Sequence record: MK509462
DNA length: 64,000 bases
Reading direction: 5' to 3' (one strand)
Origin: Shigella phage MK-13
Positions 36,361 through 46,341 of this stretch are shown piece by piece. Numbering within the stretch: the first letter of the stretch is position 1; the number at the start of each line of letters is the position of its first letter. The notes below the pieces were generated by a model that was given only the letters and a program-made list of their open reading frames with translations, searched no databases and was not told where the DNA came from. The translations under genes and the position numbers were made by a program.

Positions 36361-39255
36361 ATGGCTAATAAACCAACACAGCCTGTTTTCCCTCTCGGTC
36401 TGGTGGCTGAAGAGCAGTCTACTTTGGCTGGTATCCTCAACACGGGTACGATTGAGCATGGACCAGATGCTGTCCTGACTTTACCCGAGGGTAATGCCAG
36501 TGCAGGTCTCCCGTCTTCTGTTCGCTACAATGCCGACTCCGACGAATTTGAGGGCTTCTACGAAAATGGTGGATGGTTGCCGCTGGGTGGCGGTGGTATC
36601 CGCTGGGAAGCCCTTCCGCATGCCTCTACGGCAACGCTCACTGAAGGGCGAGGCTATCTGGTAGACAACTCCACAGGCGTCTCTACGGTGGTGTTCCCTT
36701 CCCCTACGCGCATTGGCGATTCTGTTACAGTCTGTGACTTGTATGGAAAGTTCTCCCTGTATCCCCTGACCATTGACCCAAATGGTCGCCCAATGTATGG
36801 CTCTGTAGAGCCTATGACGCTCTCCACCGACAGCGTATCTGCGACCTTTACCTGGTCTGGTGACGCGCGTGGCTGGATTGTGACTGCTGGCGTCGGCCTT
36901 GGGCAGGGGCGCGTGTATAGCCGCACGATCTTCACTGAAACCGTTTCGGTAGACACCGCTCAAGTTACTCTGACAACGCAGCCGTCGATTGTTGATGTGT
37001 ATGTTGACGGCAAGCGCCTGCTGGAATCAAAGTATTCCCTCAATGGTTTCAATGTCGACTTCAGTCCATCAATCCCATCAGGTTCCGAGCTGCAGGTCAT
37101 CCAATACGTCCCGATCCAGTTAGGCAATGGCTCCGGTGGTTCCGGCGGCGGTACGGTTATCACTTGGATCTACAATAGTGGATCAGCTGCGGGTGGTGAA
37201 ACCGAGATCGAGTTGGACGTGGATGCCGAAGATGTTTCTGAGATCTTTATCGATGGATCCCGCCAGCAAAAAGGTCTGGGCTTCACTTATGACTCCGTTA
37301 CGAAGATCATCACGCTGGCCGACGAACTCGAAGCTGGTGATGAAGTTGTTGTCGTCATCAATGGCGACCCAACCCTGTACAATCAGATCGACCGTACACC
37401 AAACGAAGTGGCGCGTTCCGTGAACGTGCCGAATTCTCAGGTTATTTTGTCGTCCGATACCATCACCAAACTGGACGGAAAGACGGTTATCTATGATGTG
37501 GTGGCGCAAAAGATTTGGAGCTTACCTTCTGGTATCCCGACAGGTTCTTCTGTTGTATCTGTGAGTGGGAGCACTCTGACATATGCACCAGGGAATGTTG
37601 TTGTTTCTTTGCTCTTGCCGACTTCTGAAAGTTTGGTCGTTTTCCAAGAATTATTAGAGTCTAATGCGGGGGTTGGGTCTATTGGTGGCGTTGCTGTGGA
37701 ATTAGGAGACCGAAACTCGCTAAACTCGAACCAGACCGTGCTCGGGCGTATTGTGGCCAGCAAAACTCTTTCTGGTATTTACAACAAATATTCAGTTGTT
37801 CCCAACACAGGTAAAGTTGCTGACGGTGTGGTATTAATTGACCGCCTGGACGGTAATCAACTTGAAATTCAATTTGAAGACTATATTGATGTTCGCGCTT
37901 TCATGTTCGGCGCAATGACAGATCAGGAAACATTACAGGCAGCATTGGATTATGCGGATAGTGTTTCCGGACATTGCGTAATTGGCATCACACCCAAAAA
38001 CAAAAATGGAGACCCTTGGGTGTTCACGCATCTGCATATTGGTTCTAAAACTATTGTTAAGGGTGCAGGCGGCTGGTTGAAATTCGCAGATAATGTTTGT
38101 AATGATGCGACCAAAGCATATTATCTTGTCGAGAACTTTGATGCACAGGATACCCATTTAATAGATTTGTATATAGACGGAAACCAAGCAAGCAACACAT
38201 TGTATGCTGTAGCCGACATCTTAACGTTCGGTGGGAATCGATGCTCTATCACCAACTGTAAGCTCGTGAATGCCCCCGACTCAGGTCTGATGTTTGCGAC
38301 TACCAAAAACTGCTGGGTGAATGGTCTTTATGTAGAAAACACGCGCGACCTTGGGATCTACTTATCTGCAAGTGTGGCAGGCGGTACTCGTAACTGCGCA
38401 ATGTCCAACCTGGTGTTGCGCGACTGCGCTCAAGGGGCTATGGGTTTCAAACGCTACGTTGCCGACATTGTTGTGGATAATGTTGTAGCCACCAACTGTG
38501 GTAATGGAATCACCTTTGAAGGTTTTGAAGTTGTGACGCCGGGTATGAACCCATCCAATATCACTATGAGCAATATACGTCTGCGTGATATTGGATTTGG
38601 TTATCGGTCTGTTTCAGCGGCAGAGCGAGCTTTAAGTTTCGATTATGCTCGCGGCATCCGTATTAGCAACCTCAGCGTTCAGAACTGTTCTGGTGTCGGT
38701 ATCTTCTTCAGCACTAACACAAGTACTGGTATTTACATTAATGGCGCTAACTTAACTGGATATGCTGCTAACCCACAAATCGCGAGTGGTGTCCCAAACA
38801 ACGATGGTATTCAGTGTAATGGTGCTTCTGGTTTTGAACTGATTAATGTGAACTTGGAAGGGTTCGCAAGATACGCAGCTTGGTTCCTGAGCTGTAGTGG
38901 CGGCAGCGTGGTCGGTGGTCGTTGGACTAATACCCAGGCTAGTGGATATAATGCATACAACGGCGCACGTGTAAATGCAGCCTGTAGTTTCACTAAGTTT
39001 TCGCCTGAGTTTATTAGTGGGGCGAGCGGAACAGACCTAGAATGGTTTAATGGTGCGACTGGAATTACCAAAGACACGATACTGAACAATGCTACTGGCC
39101 CAGCAAAATATGGGTATGTTGTCGTCTCTGGTCCTACGCCTGTGGCTACAGTAACCCCCCGTTTTATTGGGCAGGAAGTCTGGAGTGCAGGTGCGAGTTC
39201 CTGGTGGAAATCACATGGCTTAACCTCCTCAGACTGGAAACAGATGTCAAATTGA
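36361..39255 (+). CDS. tailspike protein (right-handed beta-helix), 964 aa
   Basis: Repeated beta-helix coil motifs (VATNCGNGITFEG, VQNCSGVGIFFST); in the tailspike cluster. Confidence 0.75.
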   Translation: MANKPTQPVFPLGLVAEEQSTLAGILNTGTIEHGPDAVLTLPEGNASAGLPSSVRYNADSDEFEGFYENGGWLPLGGGGIRWEALPHASTATLTEGRGYLVDNSTGVSTVVFPSPTRIGDSVTVCDLYGKFSLYPLTIDPNGRPMYGSVEPMTLSTDSVSATFTWSGDARGWIVTAGVGLGQGRVYSRTIFTETVSVDTAQVTLTTQPSIVDVYVDGKRLLESKYSLNGFNVDFSPSIPSGSELQVIQYVPIQLGNGSGGSGGGTVITWIYNSGSAAGGETEIELDVDAEDVSEIFIDGSRQQKGLGFTYDSVTKIITLADELEAGDEVVVVINGDPTLYNQIDRTPNEVARSVNVPNSQVILSSDTITKLDGKTVIYDVVAQKIWSLPSGIPTGSSVVSVSGSTLTYAPGNVVVSLLLPTSESLVVFQELLESNAGVGSIGGVAVELGDRNSLNSNQTVLGRIVASKTLSGIYNKYSVVPNTGKVADGVVLIDRLDGNQLEIQFEDYIDVRAFMFGAMTDQETLQAALDYADSVSGHCVIGITPKNKNGDPWVFTHLHIGSKTIVKGAGGWLKFADNVCNDATKAYYLVENFDAQDTHLIDLYIDGNQASNTLYAVADILTFGGNRCSITNCKLVNAPDSGLMFATTKNCWVNGLYVENTRDLGIYLSASVAGGTRNCAMSNLVLRDCAQGAMGFKRYVADIVVDNVVATNCGNGITFEGFEVVTPGMNPSNITMSNIRLRDIGFGYRSVSAAERALSFDYARGIRISNLSVQNCSGVGIFFSTNTSTGIYINGANLTGYAANPQIASGVPNNDGIQCNGASGFELINVNLEGFARYAAWFLSCSGGSVVGGRWTNTQASGYNAYNGARVNAACSFTKFSPEFISGASGTDLEWFNGATGITKDTILNNATGPAKYGYVVVSGPTPVATVTPRFIGQEVWSAGASSWWKSHGLTSSDWKQMSN

Positions 39256-39295
39256 TCCGATTCTGTCTAGAGATGTCTAGCAACTTCTATCGATA

Positions 39296-39313
39296 AAGCC
39301 CCTTCAGGGGCTT
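39296..39313 (+). promoter_or_regulatory. GC hairpin GCCCC-ttca-GGGGC
   Basis: Between tailspike genes; near-identical to the 44306-44319 hairpin. Confidence 0.4.
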
Positions 39314-39336
39314 CGTGAGAACAACAGGAGATTCAC

Positions 39337-41439
39337 ATGAATCCGCAATTCAATCAGCCGAAAGGTTCAACGGCCAAAGAAATCAACAAAAACCCGCGTG
39401 AATTATGGCGTCGGACTTTGTCGGAATTGGGTCTTAATTTGGTCGAAGGTAGTTTTGAAGACGGTGCTACTGTGGCGACTGCAACTGACGTCGTGTGGCA
39501 TATCAATGGCGCCCAGTGTTACACCTGGGGTGGGTCTTTACCCAAGACTGTAGACAAAAACTCAACACCGCAATCAACTGGTGGGATATCCGGAGAAGCT
39601 TGGAAGAAATACGATGAAACTTCTCAGGTTACGACACCAGGATACTATGGCGGAACTTGTTTCCCCACGGAAAATAATCTCTCCTTGGCCGTCGGGGATA
39701 TTATCCCGTCAGGAGTAATGTTCGTCAGAATTGATGGTAATCTGATGATGATGAGTTCTTCTCTGACGGAACCCGTGACTGTCACCAGTTTTGATCAGAC
39801 TGTGATCAATGGCTTGCATGAGTTGTATCCAGTATCATTCTTTAACGAAGTGATCACGGGATGGAAGATTGCCCAGAATGACGCACAGCTTACGCGTTTA
39901 CTCCCAAAGGCAGGGAATATTTACATTGGTTATTCTCCAGTGAAAGTTGAAGGAATCTTCATTATTCAGGGAGATATCCGACTCAAGCCATTGCTGCCAA
40001 AAGTAACCGTTGATTCACGTCAGTTCTGGTTGAGATCGCCGCGCGCCTGGAACGAAACAAACCAGGAATATGACTACACCGCGTACGATATTCGTATTGT
40101 CGGTAACTTCCTGTTTGACTTCTATAGGCAAGATGCTTCCTTTGACCCAGGCGTTGGACTAGCTATGCAGTCCGCTGGAACTCTGGAGCTTTCCGGGTGT
40201 GAGTTACAAGGTGCGTGGAGAAGCAACGTAACCATGGATTATGGGCGCTGGTCTATTGCAGACAACTTGTATTCACATGATTGTGGCAGGGGGCAGATTC
40301 AAAATCCAGATGGTAGCAACCGCAATGGTATGGCTATTATTGTTGGTAATGCGACAGAAGCACATATCCATCATATCCGCACCAGAACCACTTGGGCATC
40401 CTCTGTCTTTGTTGATTCTTACCGCCCTGGACGAACGCTTAACGTGATGATCCATGACGTTAGTATTAACGGTTCTGGTGGTAACGGCCTGCGCCTTCAA
40501 TCTGACGATCTTGTTACCGGTGTTGGCGGCGGGCAGGGTACTGCAATTACTCGTGTAAACATCAGCGGCGTAACAATTAAAAACTGTGAATCGCATGGCA
40601 TCCGCGCAAACTTCACCAACGGAAGCGTTACGGGCGTATACATTGAGTCATGTAACGCGGGTATTGCCATTGAGGGTTCTAGTGATGTCACGTATGACAA
40701 CATCACCATCAGGAATTGCTCACAGCCAATCCTCTGTCGATATTATCCGGTAGTCTGCACACGCCTGCGATTTAGTAATATCTTAATATCAGGCCACACA
40801 GATTGGGCTGTGTTCTTTTTGCGTAAGGATGGCTCCTCTCACACGGTAAATCTAGGTGATATTGAATTCGACGGGTTGACAATCCACTGCACACAACCTG
40901 GTTCTAAAGCTGTTATGATTAACTGCGGGTCGAACGCAACAGCTACTTCCGACATCACTATGAAGAACGTGCGTATTGTTGGCGCATTTCCTGATACAGA
41001 CGGAACAGCACTCTGTCAGATTCATAATGCACGACATATTGAAGTAGATAACTGGAACATCAGAGGTGTTAACGGGCTTCCTAGTTCTTATTTGTATGCG
41101 CAAGCATCTCAGAGCTTGAACGTGCATCGCCTGGTTGGCGTTCAACCGTTTGGTACTGTTGATCGTCCTATTGAGTGCGTTGGCGTGGCTGGTCACGTAA
41201 ACATTGTGAATTGTTCTGTTCCTGTAACCACGAACGGAATATTATATACTTCAACTCCTGCATCCCGTTACGAAGAAGGGAACCAGTTTTACAATAGCGC
41301 TCAACCACAACAATTCCCGTTCACCAACGCTGGGCAGTTGCGTGGTGGTGATGTGAACACGTTAACAACCACGCAACTGGCAAACATAGTGGCTACGCTG
41401 ATTAACGATATTAGCCTGGGTAAATTCGTAATCAGATAA
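39337..41439 (+). CDS. tailspike protein, 700 aa
   Basis: N-terminus MNPQFNQPKGS...YTWGGSLPK shared with the 44459 gene; beta-helix-like repeats. Confidence 0.75.
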   Translation: MNPQFNQPKGSTAKEINKNPRELWRRTLSELGLNLVEGSFEDGATVATATDVVWHINGAQCYTWGGSLPKTVDKNSTPQSTGGISGEAWKKYDETSQVTTPGYYGGTCFPTENNLSLAVGDIIPSGVMFVRIDGNLMMMSSSLTEPVTVTSFDQTVINGLHELYPVSFFNEVITGWKIAQNDAQLTRLLPKAGNIYIGYSPVKVEGIFIIQGDIRLKPLLPKVTVDSRQFWLRSPRAWNETNQEYDYTAYDIRIVGNFLFDFYRQDASFDPGVGLAMQSAGTLELSGCELQGAWRSNVTMDYGRWSIADNLYSHDCGRGQIQNPDGSNRNGMAIIVGNATEAHIHHIRTRTTWASSVFVDSYRPGRTLNVMIHDVSINGSGGNGLRLQSDDLVTGVGGGQGTAITRVNISGVTIKNCESHGIRANFTNGSVTGVYIESCNAGIAIEGSSDVTYDNITIRNCSQPILCRYYPVVCTRLRFSNILISGHTDWAVFFLRKDGSSHTVNLGDIEFDGLTIHCTQPGSKAVMINCGSNATATSDITMKNVRIVGAFPDTDGTALCQIHNARHIEVDNWNIRGVNGLPSSYLYAQASQSLNVHRLVGVQPFGTVDRPIECVGVAGHVNIVNCSVPVTTNGILYTSTPASRYEEGNQFYNSAQPQQFPFTNAGQLRGGDVNTLTTTQLANIVATLINDISLGKFVIR

Positions 41440-41473
41440 ATAAGGGTCGCAGGATTAACCCCTTATCCATTCA

Positions 41474-41481
41474 CTAAATAC
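41474..41481 (+). promoter_or_regulatory. late-promoter-like motif CTAAATAC
   Basis: Overlaps the 5' arm of the 41478-41510 hairpin. Confidence 0.35.
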
Positions 41482-41510
41482 CCCATATTGGCAAATCCTC
41501 TATGGGGTAT
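41478..41510 (+). promoter_or_regulatory. 10-bp-stem hairpin sequestering the start region of the next tailspike gene
   Basis: ATACCCCATA ...13 nt... TATGGGGTAT; the 3' arm contains the ATG at 41502 and the SD-like region for the ATG at 41517. Confidence 0.45.
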
Positions 41511-41516
41511 CTTCAA

Positions 41517-44297
41517 ATGTCTAGAAACGTCGAGAGCATCTTTGGAGCGGTTGTAACAGCCCCGCACCAGATTCCATACACTTACACCGCAACGGGTGGA
41601 GAGACGTTTATCTCCCTCCCGTTCTACCCTGTTACAGGCTTCATCACCATCAATGGTGGGGTTCAGGTTCCTGTCGACAACTATGAAATTGATGGTAACA
41701 CTGTGAACCTCGGTCGAGCGCTAGAGGCTGATGATGTAGTGTACTGTCTGTTCGACAAGATCCTGTCCCCAGAAGATTATGAAAACGGGATCCGAATCTA
41801 CAAGTTCCAGGCCGTTGGCAACGAGACCTCATTCACCCCAGACTTCACGACGTATGGTGTGCAATCCCTGTATATCGATGGGAAGTTCCAGGTTCCTGGG
41901 GTTGACTACAATTACAACAGCGCAACTGGTGTGGTGTCATTCCTGAATGGATCTCCGACTGCTGGTGTTTGGGTTGTGGCTGAGATGTCTGTGAAGCAAA
42001 ACTATCTGGCTCTGTCTTCGGAGGGTGGTGCCAGTTTGGTAGGCACGACTTCTGGCAGCACTGTGCAGGAAGAGTTGAACGATGTTGCTGGGCAGCTAGC
42101 CAATTTAGAAGATGATCTTTCTACATTGAAAATTGCAGTGGCCAGTGTTTCCTTTACTCAATTTGGGGCAGTTGGTGACGGCGTGGCTAACGACACGCAC
42201 GCCGTAAAACTGGCGTTCGATTATGCTCTTGCTAATAACGTTGCAGTCGAGCAGCATAGCGGTGTTTTCTTGCTGGATGGCACTGAATACATTGATATCA
42301 GAAACCTGCAAACCGACCTCACCGGATGCGTCCTTAAGCCATCCGCATCATGGACTGGTCAGATTGTGATTTCTCAGACTGGCGCGCCTGTCACTTACGG
42401 TTCTAGTTCTGATGTCGTGACAAAACTTAATACTAACAGTCCAGCCAGCCGCGCCGTTGGAAGTACGATAATGAGCGGGATCGCAACTGATAGCACTTTG
42501 GATGGATGCTACGTCAAAATATCGACTTCTCAGCCAATGTTCGTATTCAGGGACGCTACTTACACAAGGAAAGACCTGAACAGAGTTTATAACCGAGGCA
42601 ACATAGAGAACCCGTTACGCTATGGCCTAGGAACGAATGTTACAGAAGTTATTGCGCTGAAAATTCGCAAAGACGTGCAGACTGTTAAAGGGCTTACTAT
42701 TGATGAAAGCCTGTCGAAAAACTATCGCATTGTGTACATCAACAACGCATCACGCGTTAAGCTTGTCAACACGTCTTTCATCAATGCCCCGATAACGCAG
42801 GATTTCAGTGATACCAGAATTGATATTGCAGGCTCATATGACGTGGAAATTGACGGCCTGTTCACACCGTCTGTGGTCGATTCGTTCAACGGCACTGGTG
42901 ACATCTACTCGTATTCTCTGGGTATAAGCGAGAGCATGAATGTCAGAGTGAAGCATATGACTGCTAACGGTGAAGGATGGGGCGCGACCGGTAGCAACAA
43001 CAGCGCAAACATTACTTTCGAAGAATGCGACTTGAGCAGGATTGACTTTCATATGCCTTTCCAGGGATATTTGCGTGTCAATAAATGCAATGTTGGACGA
43101 TACGGTGTAGTTGTAACTGGCATTGGTGACCTAATCATTGATGATGTCATCTTTAATGGTTCAACTGACCAGCTGGGTTCAATTATCGCCACTCGTCCTG
43201 ACTGCGGCGGGTTCTTCGATGGTGACCTGTATATGTCAAATGTGACTATCGCTGGTCGCCGTTCCGGTCAGATTTCGGCACTAATCCAGGGACCTGCTGA
43301 TGCTGGGCAGGGACCAGCATCAGGATCGCCCATCAACAGCACTCTTTTCAATAAAGTTGTTATTCGCGACCTAAAACTGAAAGACGGATTCTTTGAGCAG
43401 ACTTTTGCCACGCTACTGTATTCCCAGCGTGATTCACAACTACTGTTCCCAAAAGTGGTCGATATTGACGGGCTAAGTTTTGGGGCGCTGCCAAAATCAT
43501 CTGGGGTTGGCCTGAATATCGACTTCTCGCGATTTAAAGCGCTGTTCTCTGATATGACAAACTCAGAGCATCCAGTAACAGGAAGAAAAACGACCGATAT
43601 TATTTTACGTAATATTCAAACACCATATCTGTCGGTAACAGCGGCATCAGCGCGTCATAACCCCTCTATTGTCGCAAGTAACGTGCGTCATGTGATAAGT
43701 GGCGAAGTAGATACGCTGCTGGAGATTAACCAGCGTGGCAGATATTTGTTAGATTCATGCTCACTTGAGCAGTTGAAGCTTTTTTATGGTTCGAACCCCA
43801 ATGGCCTGGTAAGTCTCACAATGCGTGGCGGCAGACTTCAGCAGCCTGTTGCAGCAACCATGCCTATTTCTGGTGAAACCACGCACAGCGTCACCCTAGA
43901 TGGAACGGATATTGTGTGCCAGTTCAACGGGCAAGACTCAACATACCCGATCACCAAAGCAATCATTGCCAGGGCGCTTGTTAAAGACTGTAGATATTGG
44001 GATGTTTCTGGCGCAAGACTAAACAATTTGAGTTTCGTTAAGCCTGAAAGCACTAGCACCACTATAACTGTGACTATGAAGGTTGGTCAAAAATTAGCAG
44101 TGTCTACCGGATACACAGCAGGCAATACTTACACAAGAAGCAACTTTACCGCGTTGTGGGAGTCAGGTGCCAAGCAAGTAGCAAGCATTGGCGCGGCAGG
44201 CAACGTGATTGTCACATATACGGTATCAGGTGATTCGGTTTCACAGATAGTAATGACAAGTCCAGCAAGTAATGAGATCCGCGACGTGTCAATTTAA
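41517..44297 (+). CDS. tailspike protein, about 926 aa
   Basis: Start ambiguous (41502 or 41517); beta-helix-like repeats; N-terminal anchor-like region. Confidence 0.7.
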   Translation: MSRNVESIFGAVVTAPHQIPYTYTATGGETFISLPFYPVTGFITINGGVQVPVDNYEIDGNTVNLGRALEADDVVYCLFDKILSPEDYENGIRIYKFQAVGNETSFTPDFTTYGVQSLYIDGKFQVPGVDYNYNSATGVVSFLNGSPTAGVWVVAEMSVKQNYLALSSEGGASLVGTTSGSTVQEELNDVAGQLANLEDDLSTLKIAVASVSFTQFGAVGDGVANDTHAVKLAFDYALANNVAVEQHSGVFLLDGTEYIDIRNLQTDLTGCVLKPSASWTGQIVISQTGAPVTYGSSSDVVTKLNTNSPASRAVGSTIMSGIATDSTLDGCYVKISTSQPMFVFRDATYTRKDLNRVYNRGNIENPLRYGLGTNVTEVIALKIRKDVQTVKGLTIDESLSKNYRIVYINNASRVKLVNTSFINAPITQDFSDTRIDIAGSYDVEIDGLFTPSVVDSFNGTGDIYSYSLGISESMNVRVKHMTANGEGWGATGSNNSANITFEECDLSRIDFHMPFQGYLRVNKCNVGRYGVVVTGIGDLIIDDVIFNGSTDQLGSIIATRPDCGGFFDGDLYMSNVTIAGRRSGQISALIQGPADAGQGPASGSPINSTLFNKVVIRDLKLKDGFFEQTFATLLYSQRDSQLLFPKVVDIDGLSFGALPKSSGVGLNIDFSRFKALFSDMTNSEHPVTGRKTTDIILRNIQTPYLSVTAASARHNPSIVASNVRHVISGEVDTLLEINQRGRYLLDSCSLEQLKLFYGSNPNGLVSLTMRGGRLQQPVAATMPISGETTHSVTLDGTDIVCQFNGQDSTYPITKAIIARALVKDCRYWDVSGARLNNLSFVKPESTSTTITVTMKVGQKLAVSTGYTAGNTYTRSNFTALWESGAKQVASIGAAGNVIVTYTVSGDSVSQIVMTSPASNEIRDVSI

Positions 44298-44303
44298 AGT
44301 GCT

Positions 44304-44324
44304 TAAGCCCCTTCGGGGGCTTTC
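44304..44324 (+). terminator. rho-independent terminator-like hairpin
   Basis: GCCCC-ttcg-GGGGC followed by TTTCC. Confidence 0.5.
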
Positions 44325-44458
44325 CAATGAGGAACTACACCACCAGTCAACACTAGACATTCTCGAAATTAGACTTCTTGGCGTTTAAACCCAAAATGCA
44401 GAAGAAACGAGTATTATTTGAATTCAATAAACATGACTAAAACAACAGGAGATTCTTT

Positions 44459-46243
44459 ATGAATCCGCAATTTTCACAGCCGAAAGGCTCTGTCTCCAAA
44501 GAGACAAACAAGGACTCCATTGCTCGCAAGTTTGGGTGCAAGAAGTCTGAGGTTCTCTATGCTAAACCAGGTGCTGTCCTGACAGGATACAAGGTGATCT
44601 ACGATAAGGTCACTCAGCGCTCCTATGCACTGCCTTCTAACCTGCCCGCTGGCGCTACCATCACCAGCCTGACAGACGGCATTCTCGTGCACAATACGGG
44701 TACTGTCGATCTGGGTGTTCTCGCAGTGCTTCGGAAGGAATTTGTAACTTTGATCGAAAACTTCGACTCAGGGTTCACAATTCGTGTTAGAAATGAAGTC
44801 GTTTCTGATGGTACAAATCTTTACCGTTGGGGTGGGACTTTACCCAAATCTGTAAACGCTGGTGGCACCATTGCCAATACTGGTGGATTGTCAAGTTCTA
44901 ACTGGGTGAAATTGGATCCAGATGCATTGAGAGATGAGTTATACTCTGGGTTTTATCGTCTAACTGTTATCGACCCTTCGATGTCTCAGTCTCTTATACA
45001 AACTAAATTATCCCAGGGTGGGACATTCCAGTTTCTTCCTGGCAACTATACGGTAACTGGCCAGGCGTTGGCGTTTTATCCTAACTCTGAAATTTATGCG
45101 CATTCCGGCGCTTTATTCTTGGCTGGCGAAAACAACGTTGGTGTACTCACGATTGACCCTTCTCGTTCTGGTGGAAATGCAGTGAGAAACTGCAAATTAC
45201 ACAATATCAGGATATCATTGAATGGTAAAACGGGTTGCGTCGCTTTCAGAGCCAAATATTGGAGGAACCATGGTCATCTAGATATGATGTGGGTAGACAT
45301 GGGGACAGCCATTAATAACGTCGGGATAGAGATAGGGACTTTGTGTTATGGATTGAAGATAGACGGTTGTGAGGTTATCGGTGGTGGGGCTGGTTCGAGT
45401 CGGTTAATAGTACAGAACGGAGCCAATGCTATCGTTATAACAGGATTTGATGGTTATTCCGGTGCTCCGGAAGTGGATATGCCGGATTATGGTATTATCG
45501 TAAGACACTCTACCGACGGCGGGACTTCTTGGGATTATACCACAACATTCCCCACAGAAGCAGTCTGTTTTGTTAACGGATTCAGCCAGAATACCACGAA
45601 GTATGGTTTCTTGGATCAGGCCAAGGGAACTAAGGTGTATGGAATGTATTATGAGAACAATAGTATCTCTGATGTCCGCATCAGTGGTTCTCAAGATGCC
45701 ACATTCCGAGATTGTACACACTCTTCCCCAAGCCAAGGAACCCTCGCGCATGGGTATAGTATAACCAACTCCACCAACAGCTTAATTGATGAGCCGATAT
45801 GGGGAACAAGGGCTGGAGGTTTCTTCGACATTGGTGGTGCACAAGACGCCGGTGTGACTGGCCACATAGTCAACATCGCACGTTGGGGCGCAAGTCGAGG
45901 CATTGATGATCTCGGCGTTGTAACGGCATGTAAATTAAGTCGTGGAAAATTGCCATTACAGCTCACAACTGACTCTGTCGACATAAACAGCGGTTATGGG
46001 TGCTATCGAAGAAACGTTTCTTCTGGTTCCAACATCGCATTTACTGGTACGCCATATGATGGTATGGAGCTGACGTTTTTACTGAGAGGTTCAAACATTG
46101 CTTCATTGAGCATAGCGGGTGTCCCTGTCGATGTGACTGGTGCCAACACCGCCACCACGAAAATGAATCTCGTGAAAATGGTGTATTCAAAAGTAACGAG
46201 CACATGGGTGATCAATGCTGGTCAATGGAATGCTTCCGCTTGA
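44459..46243 (+). CDS. tailspike protein, 594 aa
   Basis: N-terminus MNPQFSQPKGS...YRWGGTLPK shared with the 39337 gene; conserved upstream AACAACAGGAGATTC. Confidence 0.75.
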   Translation: MNPQFSQPKGSVSKETNKDSIARKFGCKKSEVLYAKPGAVLTGYKVIYDKVTQRSYALPSNLPAGATITSLTDGILVHNTGTVDLGVLAVLRKEFVTLIENFDSGFTIRVRNEVVSDGTNLYRWGGTLPKSVNAGGTIANTGGLSSSNWVKLDPDALRDELYSGFYRLTVIDPSMSQSLIQTKLSQGGTFQFLPGNYTVTGQALAFYPNSEIYAHSGALFLAGENNVGVLTIDPSRSGGNAVRNCKLHNIRISLNGKTGCVAFRAKYWRNHGHLDMMWVDMGTAINNVGIEIGTLCYGLKIDGCEVIGGGAGSSRLIVQNGANAIVITGFDGYSGAPEVDMPDYGIIVRHSTDGGTSWDYTTTFPTEAVCFVNGFSQNTTKYGFLDQAKGTKVYGMYYENNSISDVRISGSQDATFRDCTHSSPSQGTLAHGYSITNSTNSLIDEPIWGTRAGGFFDIGGAQDAGVTGHIVNIARWGASRGIDDLGVVTACKLSRGKLPLQLTTDSVDINSGYGCYRRNVSSGSNIAFTGTPYDGMELTFLLRGSNIASLSIAGVPVDVTGANTATTKMNLVKMVYSKVTSTWVINAGQWNASA

Positions 46244-46250
46244 TAGACAA

Positions 46251-46280
46251 AGCCCCTCAGATGAGGGGCTTTTTCTTTCT
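46251..46280 (+). terminator. strong rho-independent terminator
   Basis: AGCCCCTC-agat-GAGGGGCT followed by TTTTTCTTTCT. Confidence 0.65.
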
Positions 46281-46289
46281 ATTCCTCGG

Positions 46290-46318
46290 TTGGCTGTATA
46301 CTAAATATCTCTATAATG
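46290..46318 (+). promoter_or_regulatory. sigma70-like promoter candidate overlapping late-like motif CTAAATAT
   Basis: TTGGCT -17 nt- TATAAT; CTAAATAT at 46301-46308. Confidence 0.35.
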
Positions 46319-46341
46319 GCACCTATCGATGGAGCATCAAA

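Noticed and set aside
39296-39313. Rho-independent terminator call for the GCCCC-ttca-GGGGC hairpin
   Set aside because: No U-tract follows it (TTCGTGAG), unlike the sibling hairpin at 44304-44324; kept as a hairpin only
46204-46341. 5' extension of the giant structural ORF to 46204
   Set aside because: The extension contains the upstream gene's terminator hairpin and T-tract; an ATG with GGAG SD at 46342 follows a promoter-like region
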